From a virus (taxonomy: Duplodnaviria; Heunggongvirae; Uroviricota; Caudoviricetes): DNA of 64,000 nt. The stretch is from positions 64,001 to 128,000 of IMG/VR virus record IMGVR_UViG_3300021255_000114; one strand, given 5' to 3'. This document shows, piece after piece, positions 1 to 9,257 of the stretch; position 1 is the stretch's first letter, and every line of letters begins with the position of its first letter. The notes under the pieces were generated by a model. It searched no databases. It was not told the origin of the DNA and saw only the letters and a program-made list of their open reading frames with translations. The translations under genes and the position numbers were made by a program.

Positions 1-1626
1 ATTAAGAATATGTGGGATCGTTGGTTCTCTGGTAATAGTGAAAAAACATTTAGTGTTAAGAACTATATGGCAAACACCATATTCATCGATTCCATGTATA
101 GGAATGTATATGAGCATATCCATATCAATTGCGAGATATTAGAATCTTTGCTTGATGAAACGGACGGCAAGGCAATGGCCTTTAAATTCCTTTCCGATTT
201 AACAACGAAGCATCATTGTATGTATTTTGCCATGCCCGATTACATTAATCTTGGTGAGCCTAACAGGGATAAAGCGGAAGAAGCCTTATTAACATTGTTC
301 AATCCAATACCATACAGTAAGATAAATAAAATACAGACTTTTAATCGGTACATTGTGATGTTCACACATAAGCCATCTGAAATAAATGAAAACACCAACA
401 GTTACAAATATGATAGTTTTGATATATACAGTCACGATGAAAACAAAACCAATATATTACCAACATTTGCGAAACCATGTATAACAGGTGAAAACCTCTC
501 AGAGCATGACTTACAGTGCACAAGGTATGGATATAATGTACCGGCATTCGGTGTTGAGTTTGGAAGGCAAAATAATGCCATATTCAAAAAAATAAATGTT
601 GGAATGCAGAACCCCATTCAGACAGAACAGGCGATTAATGCATTGAGTCTCATTGCGAATCGTGGTAGGGGAGCTGGTGAACGTACCATATTCTATGGAC
701 AGGATTTATATAGTGTATATTCAGGATATTCATATACAGCTACCATTGAAATGATGGGCAATGCACAGATAATGCCGCTCATGTATTTTCAATTATTCAA
801 TGTACCGATGTTCCGTGGGGCATACATGATATACAGTGTAACACATACAATGCGTCCCGGTGATATGACAACCACAGTGAAGGCAATGAAAATGTCAAAA
901 CGCACGTTACCGTGGTGTCAGGAATGGTTCGCTCATTACTATTTTGATTCCGAAGGTAATATCATTGACAAGGAGTATGATGATGAATGCGGAAAATTGC
1001 CAGAAGGTATGTGTAAAGGCCGTTTGGCATCTGAACAAAAACTAAAACCATATGAAATAACAAACAATTTTGCAGGCACATTAGCCAAACAGGTTGGTAA
1101 AAATCGTTTTCATAGTAGGGAACCGGAAATGTTAAGAGAAATAAACAATAATGTTGTTGCATTTCAAGTGAGACTTAAATCAACAGAAAAAGATGGTAAT
1201 GGCCAAAACAAAACGATGACAAAATGGATAGTTGTGCATAGACTATTAGAGAGTAGTGTTAGGCAAATTTTTGAAGAAATATACGTCAATACGGATTACA
1301 AATTTAACCCTGGACAATTTTACGGTGAATATGGCAAATTAGGAGAGAAAAAATTTCCTGAAATTCCAAAAGGTGAAAAAATTATCGGTTCTTATGAGTA
1401 TCGTGAGACAAAAAGAGGGAGTCTAAGTAATCATGCTTTTGCTTGTGCAATTGATATAAACCCAGGATACAATCCAATGATAGGGTGTTTAGACCAGTAC
1501 ACAGACGACGATTTGCACATAAGAACCAAAAAACACCCTGTGGTTCAAATATTCGCAAACCATGGATGGGGATGGGGTGGAAGTTACGGTGATTTCATGC
1601 ATTTTAGCCCATTTAACGGCTCATAA
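1..1626 (+). CDS. C-terminal part of a large virion protein ending in an M15-family (VanY/L-Ala-D-Glu-type) Zn peptidase domain; probably 5'-truncated by the window
   Basis: Frame is open from base 1. C-terminal motifs SNHAFACAIDINP and WGWGGSYGDFMHF match the SxHxxxxAxD...ExxH/DxxH Zn-ligand pattern. Confidence 0.75.
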   Translation: MKNMWDRWFSGNSEKTFSVKNYMANTIFIDSMYRNVYEHIHINCEILESLLDETDGKAMAFKFLSDLTTKHHCMYFAMPDYINLGEPNRDKAEEALLTLFNPIPYSKINKIQTFNRYIVMFTHKPSEINENTNSYKYDSFDIYSHDENKTNILPTFAKPCITGENLSEHDLQCTRYGYNVPAFGVEFGRQNNAIFKKINVGMQNPIQTEQAINALSLIANRGRGAGERTIFYGQDLYSVYSGYSYTATIEMMGNAQIMPLMYFQLFNVPMFRGAYMIYSVTHTMRPGDMTTTVKAMKMSKRTLPWCQEWFAHYYFDSEGNIIDKEYDDECGKLPEGMCKGRLASEQKLKPYEITNNFAGTLAKQVGKNRFHSREPEMLREINNNVVAFQVRLKSTEKDGNGQNKTMTKWIVVHRLLESSVRQIFEEIYVNTDYKFNPGQFYGEYGKLGEKKFPEIPKGEKIIGSYEYRETKRGSLSNHAFACAIDINPGYNPMIGCLDQYTDDDLHIRTKKHPVVQIFANHGWGWGGSYGDFMHFSPFNGS

Positions 1627-1655
1627 AATAAAATTAAAAAACGATTTGATAAAGC

Positions 1656-2192
1656 ATGTCTTGTGAAAGTAATACAGGAAACGTCACATATAAAACCATT
1701 CCAATAGGAGAAAAGGAGAGGTGGAATAATGCTATGACTATAATGAAAAAATTACTTGAAAGTAATTTAGGTTTAAAAGATTTTCAGGCAGCTGCTATTA
1801 CGGGTAATATGTATGCCGAAAGTAGGTGGAATCCAACTTCGTATGTAGCAAGTGATGCCGGCCAGGGTCAATCAGGTGGTTTATGTCAGTGGCATGATGC
1901 AGTTAATGGTAATGGTAGGTTTACAAACTTACTGAATAACGCTAAAACCATGAATAAGACGTGGCAAGACATAGAAGTACAATTAGCATATTTAGTTTCT
2001 GAACTAGATGGAACTGGTCAACATAGTGAGAAAGGGGCGTTGGTTGATTTAAAAAATACAAGTAATATTGAAAATGCAACGGTTTCCTTTTGCACTAAAT
2101 TTGAACGTCCAAAAAATGCCCAAGCAAAGGGACGCGAACGAATAACATATTCAAAGCAGGTTTTGGAAAAATGGAATGCACAAAATAGTTAA
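1656..2192 (+). CDS. Phage tail-type lysozyme (Phage_lysozyme2-like)
   Basis: Motifs AAAITGNMYAES, GLCQW, QLAYLVSEL and FERP are typical of this family. Confidence 0.8.
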   Translation: MSCESNTGNVTYKTIPIGEKERWNNAMTIMKKLLESNLGLKDFQAAAITGNMYAESRWNPTSYVASDAGQGQSGGLCQWHDAVNGNGRFTNLLNNAKTMNKTWQDIEVQLAYLVSELDGTGQHSEKGALVDLKNTSNIENATVSFCTKFERPKNAQAKGRERITYSKQVLEKWNAQNS

Positions 2193-2196
2193 AAAT

Positions 2197-2209
2197 TGGT
2201 ATATTTATA
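2197..2209 (+). promoter_or_regulatory. Overlapping TGGTATATTT / TATTTATA promoter motifs
   Basis: TATTTATA at 2202-2209, 20 nt upstream of the ATG at 2230. Confidence 0.5.
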
Positions 2210-2229
2210 CCAAACAAATATGAAAACAG

Positions 2230-2847
2230 ATGCAAACAAAATACATTGGAAATATAATAACGGGATACAGCAAGGATAAATTCCCAAGTTTCTTTAACAT
2301 CACAAAAAAATATGGAGACAGGCTACCCAACATACCAACCATTATAGTGGGACTTGAGGAAGCAAGGGCAAATATCCAAGATTTCCTTATCATCAAGAAG
2401 CAGTATGGTGACATATGGTGGACATACAAAAAAACTGAACGTAAATATGAATTCGATAAAGATATCGAGGAATTCTATGATTTTTGTTTCAGAAAGTTCC
2501 TATCTGATGTAAAATATTTCTATTTAAACCTGCCAAAGTATAGATACAATGATGTGAAACGAATATATGGTTGGTTGAAATCAAATGAATTGAAACTGTG
2601 TTTTCTTACAAGGGATTCAAATTTCATATTCATTTATGATATTGGTAAGAATACTGTTTTTGGATTATCTTTGACACTTTGTGAATATATTGGTGTTGAA
2701 CGCAAGAAAGTTGTTAGATTAATAAAAACAAACAGGAATAACAGATTTGTATATGATACCGGCTTCATATCATCGGATGTAAGGAATATAATAACCAACA
2801 ACACACACTATATTCTCCCGTTAGCAAGTGTTTTAGCCGGAGCGTGA
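2230..2847 (+). CDS. Hypothetical phage protein
   Basis: 205-aa ORF with an upstream promoter motif; no recognisable family motif. Confidence 0.7.
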   Translation: MQTKYIGNIITGYSKDKFPSFFNITKKYGDRLPNIPTIIVGLEEARANIQDFLIIKKQYGDIWWTYKKTERKYEFDKDIEEFYDFCFRKFLSDVKYFYLNLPKYRYNDVKRIYGWLKSNELKLCFLTRDSNFIFIYDIGKNTVFGLSLTLCEYIGVERKKVVRLIKTNRNNRFVYDTGFISSDVRNIITNNTHYILPLASVLAGA

Positions 2848-2855
2848 TATTTATA
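2848..2855 (+). promoter_or_regulatory. Putative late promoter TATTTATA
   Basis: Recurrent intergenic motif, 28 nt upstream of the ATG at 2884. Confidence 0.55.
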
Positions 2856-2883
2856 AGAATAATACTGCTAATGTAAAACAATC

Positions 2884-3294
2884 ATGTTTAAAAAAAGAAA
2901 TAGGCAAATACATAATAAAGTTATTAGACAAAGGAAGGCACAACCGGTAGTAATCGAGAGAATCGAGAATAAACCTGATGTTCTCAGTACTATAAAGAAA
3001 CTTGATGAGGTAAGGGCTGTGATTAATCCTATTGTCATCGCTCCGCTTGATGTGACGCCTGAGGTCATTGCACCAAAACCAATCGAAACAAAAAGCATAA
3101 TGGAAAGATACGAGGGGAAAACGGTTGATATGGAAAATTATGGTGGTAAAGGAAGAACCGGTGCGGATGAGAGTTCCGGTGTGATATATGCCCCGTACGA
3201 ACTTCCGGAAACGGTGGAGATTGTTGAAGAGGAGCCGAAACCCAAGAAAACGAAGAAGAAAGCGCCTAAAAAGGAAGAAAATAACGAAGAATAA
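2884..3294 (+). CDS. Hypothetical protein with Lys/Glu-rich tail
   Basis: 136-aa ORF. Confidence 0.65.
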   Translation: MFKKRNRQIHNKVIRQRKAQPVVIERIENKPDVLSTIKKLDEVRAVINPIVIAPLDVTPEVIAPKPIETKSIMERYEGKTVDMENYGGKGRTGADESSGVIYAPYELPETVEIVEEEPKPKKTKKKAPKKEENNEE

Positions 3295-3319
3295 GTTTAC
3301 ATAAAACCATATACATACA

Positions 3320-3481
3320 ATGGACGAGAAACTTTTAAAAGCACAAGAGATACTTGGAATGGAAGGCCAAATTCCTGAACCCAAAGTAAAATATGAACGC
3401 AAGGAACGTGGTCTCTATGAACGTGCTTCCAAGGATACCATCCTTATTACAGAAGATAATAAAGTAATGCTGAATGACTAA
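3320..3481 (+). CDS. Small hypothetical protein (53 aa, MDEKLLKAQE...ITEDNKVMLND), missing from the ORF track
   Basis: Translated by hand. It has an A-rich leader and fills the gap, with its stop 2 nt before the next ATG. Confidence 0.7.
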   Translation: MDEKLLKAQEILGMEGQIPEPKVKYERKERGLYERASKDTILITEDNKVMLND

Positions 3482-3483
3482 AA

Positions 3484-4308
3484 ATGGCCGTAGATAAGAA
3501 ATACTTAAAGGAATCGAACCTTATGAACGTATACAAACGTATGCGTCAAATAAATGAGTATGTGATAACCAACGGAAACACATTTGAGGCAGACAATATG
3601 CAGCAAGACCCGGATTCCGATCCTACTGACGCAAATATGGGTGGTAATGCAAACACAGCACCCGATATGCAAGCACCGGCCGGTAATATGAATGCTGTCC
3701 CTCAAGACACTAATCTTCCCGCCGACCCAAATATGGGGGATGATATGAATGGTGATATGGCTCCGGCAGAGCCCGACCCAACAATTGGTGCCGAAGCACC
3801 TGAAACACCCGAAAACATTGAAGAACCGGTTGAAGATGTCGATATGGAGGGTGACGAAACAGATATGGCCCATCCTGATGACGAAGTAATTGACATAGAT
3901 GATTTGACCAATTCTCAAGAAGCTTCAGAATATAAAATCGACGGAGTTGACGATAAACTTACGAAATTACTCACGATTGCAAGCAAATTTGCTAAGGCTA
4001 TTGAAGATAACGACAATAAAATCAATGACCTTAAGGCTGAAGTCGAGAGGCGTAACCCGACCGATATTGAACGCATCAATATTCGTTCACAGAACAGTCA
4101 GCCGTTTAGTGTGAACCCGGGGGAATATTGGAATGGTGTGCGTGCAAAGAATCCGAACTATCAAGTCGTGTCAGATAACGAGGTTTCCCCAAACGAGGAA
4201 GACAAACTCTATACAATCACCAATGACGACATTAAAGATTTTAATACAAGGGAGGTTGAGAAGAGCTTTTCGGATTTTCCAAAAGATCTGATGGACTATT
4301 TTAAATAA
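3484..4308 (+). CDS. Acidic, Pro/Asp-rich putative head scaffolding or internal protein
   Basis: Low-complexity acidic linker, a coiled-coil segment, and L/I-x-E motifs near the N-terminus. Confidence 0.55.
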   Translation: MAVDKKYLKESNLMNVYKRMRQINEYVITNGNTFEADNMQQDPDSDPTDANMGGNANTAPDMQAPAGNMNAVPQDTNLPADPNMGDDMNGDMAPAEPDPTIGAEAPETPENIEEPVEDVDMEGDETDMAHPDDEVIDIDDLTNSQEASEYKIDGVDDKLTKLLTIASKFAKAIEDNDNKINDLKAEVERRNPTDIERINIRSQNSQPFSVNPGEYWNGVRAKNPNYQVVSDNEVSPNEEDKLYTITNDDIKDFNTREVEKSFSDFPKDLMDYFK

Positions 4309-4389
4309 ATAACGAAATGGACAAAACAAAATGCAAAAGAAGCGAACTGAAAAAATGTTCGCTTTTTTGTTAAAAAAATCAAAAAAAAG

Positions 4390-4420
4390 TAGTATATTTA
4401 GCAAAAGCAAACTATTTATA
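4390..4420 (+). promoter_or_regulatory. Tandem early-type (TAGTATATTT, 4390-4399) and late-type (TATTTATA, 4413-4420) promoters upstream of SSB
   Basis: Both recurrent motifs occur in the same intergenic region. Confidence 0.6.
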
Positions 4421-4481
4421 GAAATACGAAACAATTGCAAAATTTAGTTGAAAAAATAATATATTAACACATTTTATAATA

Positions 4482-5522
4482 ATGGCAGATTATAATGATA
4501 ACTCTCCATTCGTGGAGGAAGAAAAGAAAAATCGTGAGGACGTTTATAAGAAAAAAGTTTTTGACCCGAAGATTTATCTCAACGTCAAACTTGCAGAGGA
4601 CGAAGACACTAGGGAAGTGAGAATAAGAATTCTTCCGGCAAGTCCGACTACAAAAAAAATTTCCACAGACATTCATATCCATAGCATGAAAGTGCCCACT
4701 GAGGTTGCGAAGAGCGGCTTCAAGGCATTCACCTGCCTTAATGACCAGCATATCGATGAGACTATGCGTGATTCTCGTGGATGCCCGTTTTGCAACGCTT
4801 TTGATGCATATAAAGCCGAGGCGATGAAATTGAAGGATGCTGATGGCAACATTAGCAACAGCATTCAATGGAAGGCACTTTGGAAGGAAGCATATAAATA
4901 TCAGCCGAAGACAGCACACATTGTTAGAGTTATTGATCGTGACAATGAATCTGAAGGTGTGAAGTTTTGGCGTTTTAACGAGTGGGATAACGGTAAGGGA
5001 TGCTATGACTATCTGAAAGATATCTATAAGGAATACAATGAAAATGCAGCCAAGAAAGCATTCAGGAATGAATTCAAAAAGAGTGCGACAAAAGAAGAAC
5101 TCGAAAATTATATGAGGGATGAGTACGGTAGGATTAAGGAATTCTACAATGTATTTGACCTTTATGAAGGCCACGACATAAAACTTACCCTTACACGTGG
5201 CGAAAAAACCAAGGATCGCACCGAGATCAAGATTATGGCTGACCTTGAAGAAACACCTCTATCAGATAACGAAACACAGATAGATGCATGGATTAATGAT
5301 GTGAAGACTTGGAATGACGCATATGTTGTCAAAAACTATGATTTTATGGAGGTTGTTCTTAACGGTGGTATTCCGGTATACGATAAGACCGTAGGTAAAT
5401 ATGTTTCCAAGGAAGAGAAAGAGGAAAGTGATGCACAGGCTGAACAACAGGCGGCTGAAGAAATCAGGAAGGCTGGTGAAGTGGTAGTTGAAGATAATCC
5501 CGACGAAGACCTTCCGTTCTAA
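4482..5522 (+). CDS. Single-stranded DNA-binding protein (T4 gp32-like)
   Basis: IRILP, H...C...CPFC Zn site, VIDRDNESEGVKFWRF, and the acidic C-terminal tail DEDLPF. Confidence 0.8.
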   Translation: MADYNDNSPFVEEEKKNREDVYKKKVFDPKIYLNVKLAEDEDTREVRIRILPASPTTKKISTDIHIHSMKVPTEVAKSGFKAFTCLNDQHIDETMRDSRGCPFCNAFDAYKAEAMKLKDADGNISNSIQWKALWKEAYKYQPKTAHIVRVIDRDNESEGVKFWRFNEWDNGKGCYDYLKDIYKEYNENAAKKAFRNEFKKSATKEELENYMRDEYGRIKEFYNVFDLYEGHDIKLTLTRGEKTKDRTEIKIMADLEETPLSDNETQIDAWINDVKTWNDAYVVKNYDFMEVVLNGGIPVYDKTVGKYVSKEEKEESDAQAEQQAAEEIRKAGEVVVEDNPDEDLPF

Positions 5523-5534
5523 ATTTTGTAAAAA

Positions 5535-5559
5535 ATGGGCTGGCATTTGTTCAGCCCAT
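5535..5559 (+). terminator. Stem-loop after SSB (terminator or processing hairpin)
   Basis: ATGGGCTG...CAGCCCAT inverted repeat with a weak U tract. Confidence 0.4.
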
Positions 5560-5585
5560 ATGTTTCATATATTAACGTATTCTTT

Positions 5586-6191
5586 ATGAAGAAATTATAT
5601 TTCATATACGGCCCGATGGGTTGTAGTAAAAGTGCAAATCTTCTTATGAAGGCATACGCTTTTGAAAAAAATAATATACCCGTCATGCTTATAAAACCTT
5701 CTGTTGATACAAGAGATGGAAAAACTATAATAAAAAGCCGCATTGGGCTTGAGCACGAGGCATATGTATGGGATAAGGACAAGCCTAATGAATTATGGTC
5801 TTTAATCGTTGAGTTTATGTCTAAGGGAAGGAAATATCCGGAATGGTTATTGGTTGACGAATCACAGTTTTTAACACCAGAGCAGGTTGATAAATTGGCA
5901 TGGGTTGTTGATGAATTGCAATTGGCAAATATAATGTGTTATGGGTTAAGAACTGACTTTCGAAGTCAGTTATTCCCAGGATCAAGAAGGCTTTTTGAAA
6001 TAGCAGATTCCATCGAAGAACTCAAATTAACTTGTGAATGTGGAAGAAAAGCAATAATAAACGCAAGGGTTGACGGACGGAATAAAATTATACTGGACGG
6101 CAATCAAATTGAGTTGGGTGGTGACGAGAAATATGTTTCGATGTGCAGAAAATGTTATAATAGAAAAATTAACGAACAAAGATTATGTTAA
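5586..6191 (+). CDS. tdk: Thymidine kinase
   Basis: GPMGCSKS Walker A, VDESQFL, YGLRTDF, and C-x-C...CRKC lasso Zn site. Start moved to the ATG at 5586. Confidence 0.93.
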   Translation: MKKLYFIYGPMGCSKSANLLMKAYAFEKNNIPVMLIKPSVDTRDGKTIIKSRIGLEHEAYVWDKDKPNELWSLIVEFMSKGRKYPEWLLVDESQFLTPEQVDKLAWVVDELQLANIMCYGLRTDFRSQLFPGSRRLFEIADSIEELKLTCECGRKAIINARVDGRNKIILDGNQIELGGDEKYVSMCRKCYNRKINEQRLC

Positions 6192-6577
6192 ACGAACAAA
6201 TAAAGGAAATACAGTGCAGAATCAATGAATTGCAGGATCAGTTGAATGAACTCCAAATCCAAGAGAGGAAAAACAATCTTAACCTTGAATGGATTAAACC
6301 TAACACGTACATTGAATATGATTTTATGCCAGACATAACAGGATATATGAAGGTACTTAAACTTGAAAAGGGAGAGAATGAATCATCTGTTATGGTGTAT
6401 GGTAAACGTGTTATTATTAAACATAAGGATGTATCAACACAGGTTTCTTTCAACTCCTATGATAACTTCCAAATTGAAATTCTTGATGAATATAGCCACA
6501 AGATAAAGGAAATCAGTGAGGAAAAATGGAACGAAATTTATACGAAGGCTAAAGACTTTGTAATGTCATTTGACTAA
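6185..6577 (+). CDS. Hypothetical protein
   Basis: 130-aa ORF overlapping the tdk stop; N-terminal coiled coil. Confidence 0.65.
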   Translation: MLNEQIKEIQCRINELQDQLNELQIQERKNNLNLEWIKPNTYIEYDFMPDITGYMKVLKLEKGENESSVMVYGKRVIIKHKDVSTQVSFNSYDNFQIEILDEYSHKIKEISEEKWNEIYTKAKDFVMSFD

Positions 6578-6584
6578 ACCATAA

Positions 6585-6860
6585 ATGATTATGTTAGATA
6601 AGGATAAATTACATATTATATTCTACGTCAATGTCAAAAATATTGATGAAGTTGATGTTCCGACATATCTGGAAGAAGTTGCGAATTCAATCTCAAAAGA
6701 TAATGACGGAAGTGTGATATATTATTTTATCCCAACCACAGAAGACAGGGAGAATTGGATAGAATTTCATTGGCCACCGTATATTCCGGATGAAGAGCAT
6801 AAATTACCGGATAATTTAGTGGAATATATAGAAGAAAATAATATTAATGTAAAACAATAA
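6585..6860 (+). CDS. Hypothetical protein
   Basis: 91-aa ORF tightly packed in the operon. Confidence 0.65.
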   Translation: MIMLDKDKLHIIFYVNVKNIDEVDVPTYLEEVANSISKDNDGSVIYYFIPTTEDRENWIEFHWPPYIPDEEHKLPDNLVEYIEENNINVKQ

Positions 6861-6865
6861 AATAC

Positions 6866-7996
6866 ATGAAACAAGCAGTTAAAAAAGGTGCGGGAGTAAA
6901 ATCACTATCACCCGCTGACAAGTTGGCCGCATTAAAGGCTTTTAAGGAAAGTAATAATTTAACCGGAGCAAAGGAAAAAGATCCTTCATGGATTATTTTG
7001 CCAGAGGCGTTTCAAACAGCAACAAGACTTCCTGGTATTCCACAGGGCTATGTGTCAGCCATCCGTGGTCATTCAAATACAGGTAAATCAACTCTTAAAT
7101 TGGAAGTTATCAAGGCGGCACAGGCACAGGGTATAATCCCCGTTGTGTTTGAGTTGGAAAACAATTTTGCTTGGAAACATGCAAAATGCATGGGTGTAAA
7201 CATTAATGAGTATCCTGATGAGGAAACGGGTGAAATTATGTATGGCCCTGGTGATGATATGCTTTATTATGATACAGCCAAACTTTATGAATTGTATGGT
7301 AAGTTCGACCATGAACATGGCAAATGGCTATCAAAGCCCGCACGTGAAACTTACGTCATCGAAGATGTGGCTATGTGTATCAAAGATCTTATCCGCAAAC
7401 AGCGCGAGGGTGAACTACCATTTGATATGGTATTCATCATTGATAGTATAGGTGTGGGAGACTGTTACCGTAGTGCCACAAGCAATAGTTCAAATAATCA
7501 ATGGTTTGCCGGTGCATTGTCGAATTCATTCAATACAATTGTCAACGACCTTATACCATCATCAAGGAATGTCAATTCACCTTATTTAAATACATTGTTT
7601 GTTGTTCAAAAGATATGGGTTGCATCTACAGCTATGGGTCTCCCTTCAGTTAAAAATAAAGGCGGACAGACTTTGCAGTGGGCCTATAGAGTGCTCATTC
7701 ATCTAGGTGGTGTTGAAAGTGCAAGTATCAAGGCACTGAAGGCTACATCGGGTGGAAGAAACTATCAATTCGGGACACAGGTAAAAATTAAAGTTGAGAA
7801 AAACCACGTTGACAGTCTTACCTATGAGGGTGAAATTTGTTGTGTTGACCAAGGTCTTTGGGATCCAAACAAAATCGACAAGTACAAGAAGGAATACGGA
7901 GCATATATCAGACAGAAACTCGCCGACGGAGCAAACATGAGTGCTGAGGATATAGGAGATATCGAATATAGCGAGGAGGAAGTCACTGAAGGATAA
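6866..7996 (+). CDS. RecA/UvsX-like recombinase
   Basis: GIPQG..GHSNTGKS Walker A, FIIDSIG Walker B, KGG motif, KIKVEKNH. Confidence 0.88.
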   Translation: MKQAVKKGAGVKSLSPADKLAALKAFKESNNLTGAKEKDPSWIILPEAFQTATRLPGIPQGYVSAIRGHSNTGKSTLKLEVIKAAQAQGIIPVVFELENNFAWKHAKCMGVNINEYPDEETGEIMYGPGDDMLYYDTAKLYELYGKFDHEHGKWLSKPARETYVIEDVAMCIKDLIRKQREGELPFDMVFIIDSIGVGDCYRSATSNSSNNQWFAGALSNSFNTIVNDLIPSSRNVNSPYLNTLFVVQKIWVASTAMGLPSVKNKGGQTLQWAYRVLIHLGGVESASIKALKATSGGRNYQFGTQVKIKVEKNHVDSLTYEGEICCVDQGLWDPNKIDKYKKEYGAYIRQKLADGANMSAEDIGDIEYSEEEVTEG

Positions 7997-8011
7997 TATT
8001 TTTAGATGTTT

Positions 8012-8044
8012 TTTGGAAAATACACTTAAGAAATAGTATATTTG
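8012..8044 (+). promoter_or_regulatory. Bacteroidota sigmaA-type promoter (-33 TTTG, -7 TATATTTG)
   Basis: TTTG at 8012-8015, 21-nt spacer, TATATTTG at 8037-8044. Confidence 0.7.
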
Positions 8045-8079
8045 GGTAACAAGAACGAAAAATAATAATATAAAACATA

Positions 8080-8277
8080 ATGAACATGGCAAATAGTATT
8101 GAATCAATGATTAATGAGATGCTCAACAGCCTTGAGGATTGCCTTAACGATGCTAAGAAATTCGACAATGGCAATAAGAGTGCCGGTACACGTATTAGAA
8201 AAGTCATGCAGGAAATGAAGGTTTCTGCACAGACCGTTCGTGAGACCATCAGCCAGATCAAGAATGCTGAAAAGTAA
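8080..8277 (+). CDS. Histone H1-like (Hc1 family) small nucleoid-associated protein
   Basis: DAKKFDNGNKSAGTRIRK signature, resembling Bacteroidota/Chlamydia Hc1 N-terminal domains. Confidence 0.75.
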   Translation: MNMANSIESMINEMLNSLEDCLNDAKKFDNGNKSAGTRIRKVMQEMKVSAQTVRETISQIKNAEK

Positions 8278-8297
8278 GTGAAAAATAGGTGAATAAC

Positions 8298-8337
8298 GAC
8301 CGGGGAAGGCAGCAATTCTGTTTTTCTCCGGTCTTTT
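8298..8337 (+). terminator. Rho-independent terminator
   Basis: GACCGGGGAAGGCAG-loop-CTGTTTTTCTCCGGTC followed by TTTT. Confidence 0.7.
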
Positions 8338-8348
8338 ATCTTAAAATT

Positions 8349-9257
8349 ATGTTTAACCGTGGTAAACTTTCTTTTAAAACATTGAATAATAATGAATGCG
8401 CTTCATTATTAAATGAAACACAACATAGAACCGATTTTTTAACACCATTAAAAAACGATATTACTGTTTTTATCGAAAAACGTATACATTCGGGTGTTAT
8501 TGGTGGAAACAACCATATAGACATGGCATATTCAAATGACAATGACTATTTCGATGTTATGTACATTCGTGTTTATCTTGTTACAAGCGAACAATATAAA
8601 ACCATTACAGGAAATGGAGGTGAGTTTTATAACGAGGAAAAATTAGAGAACGGGAAGATAAAAGAATGTTATCTTGATATACAAATAAAAATAAGTCCAG
8701 AAGGCCAAATTTACAGGCCTATATTAGAACAAATAGTAGACCATGAAATAAACCATATGTATGACGATTGGGAGTGGATAGTACTTGGCCACGAGCCGTT
8801 AAGTTTAACGAAAAAAATTAATATATCTGCAAAATTTATAGAGGATAACATTAATAGTAATGATGGTTTATTAAAAGCAATAGCATGGTGTTTGTATCTA
8901 TCTAAATGGACTGAAGAGAACGCACACGTTAACCAAGCTTATTCTGAGTTTCAAAAAGTAAAATTAACGCGTAGGAATGTTCACTGGAAACTTAAGTCAA
9001 CCAACGCCTATAGAAACTATAACAAAGCCAAAATAGATATGGAGTATTATGTTGGGAATACATCAGAGAATACTCTTAAAAACACCTATAATTCAATTAC
9101 ATCACAATATGGAAATATAGGTTTACCGGTACCGACAAAGGAGAACAAATACGGAGAAAAGTTACTAATGTGGGCTGAGAATATATTTAACCATTTCTTA
9201 AAACGTTATTGTTCAGAAGCGTCATTATATTTAGATAGATTGACAACGACAAAATGA
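8349..9257 (+). CDS. Hypothetical protein with HExxH (possible zincin-like metallopeptidase)
   Basis: VDHEINHMYD motif and a downstream EENA. Start moved to the ATG at 8349 because the GTG start overlaps the terminator. Confidence 0.55.
   Translation: MFNRGKLSFKTLNNNECASLLNETQHRTDFLTPLKNDITVFIEKRIHSGVIGGNNHIDMAYSNDNDYFDVMYIRVYLVTSEQYKTITGNGGEFYNEEKLENGKIKECYLDIQIKISPEGQIYRPILEQIVDHEINHMYDDWEWIVLGHEPLSLTKKINISAKFIEDNINSNDGLLKAIAWCLYLSKWTEENAHVNQAYSEFQKVKLTRRNVHWKLKSTNAYRNYNKAKIDMEYYVGNTSENTLKNTYNSITSQYGNIGLPVPTKENKYGEKLLMWAENIFNHFLKRYCSEASLYLDRLTTTK

Noticed and set aside
2851-5174. Long antisense ORFs (e.g. 2851-3402, 4464-5174, also 46951-47514)
   Set aside because: They are shadows of well-supported plus-strand genes, with no promoter motif or recognisable domain.
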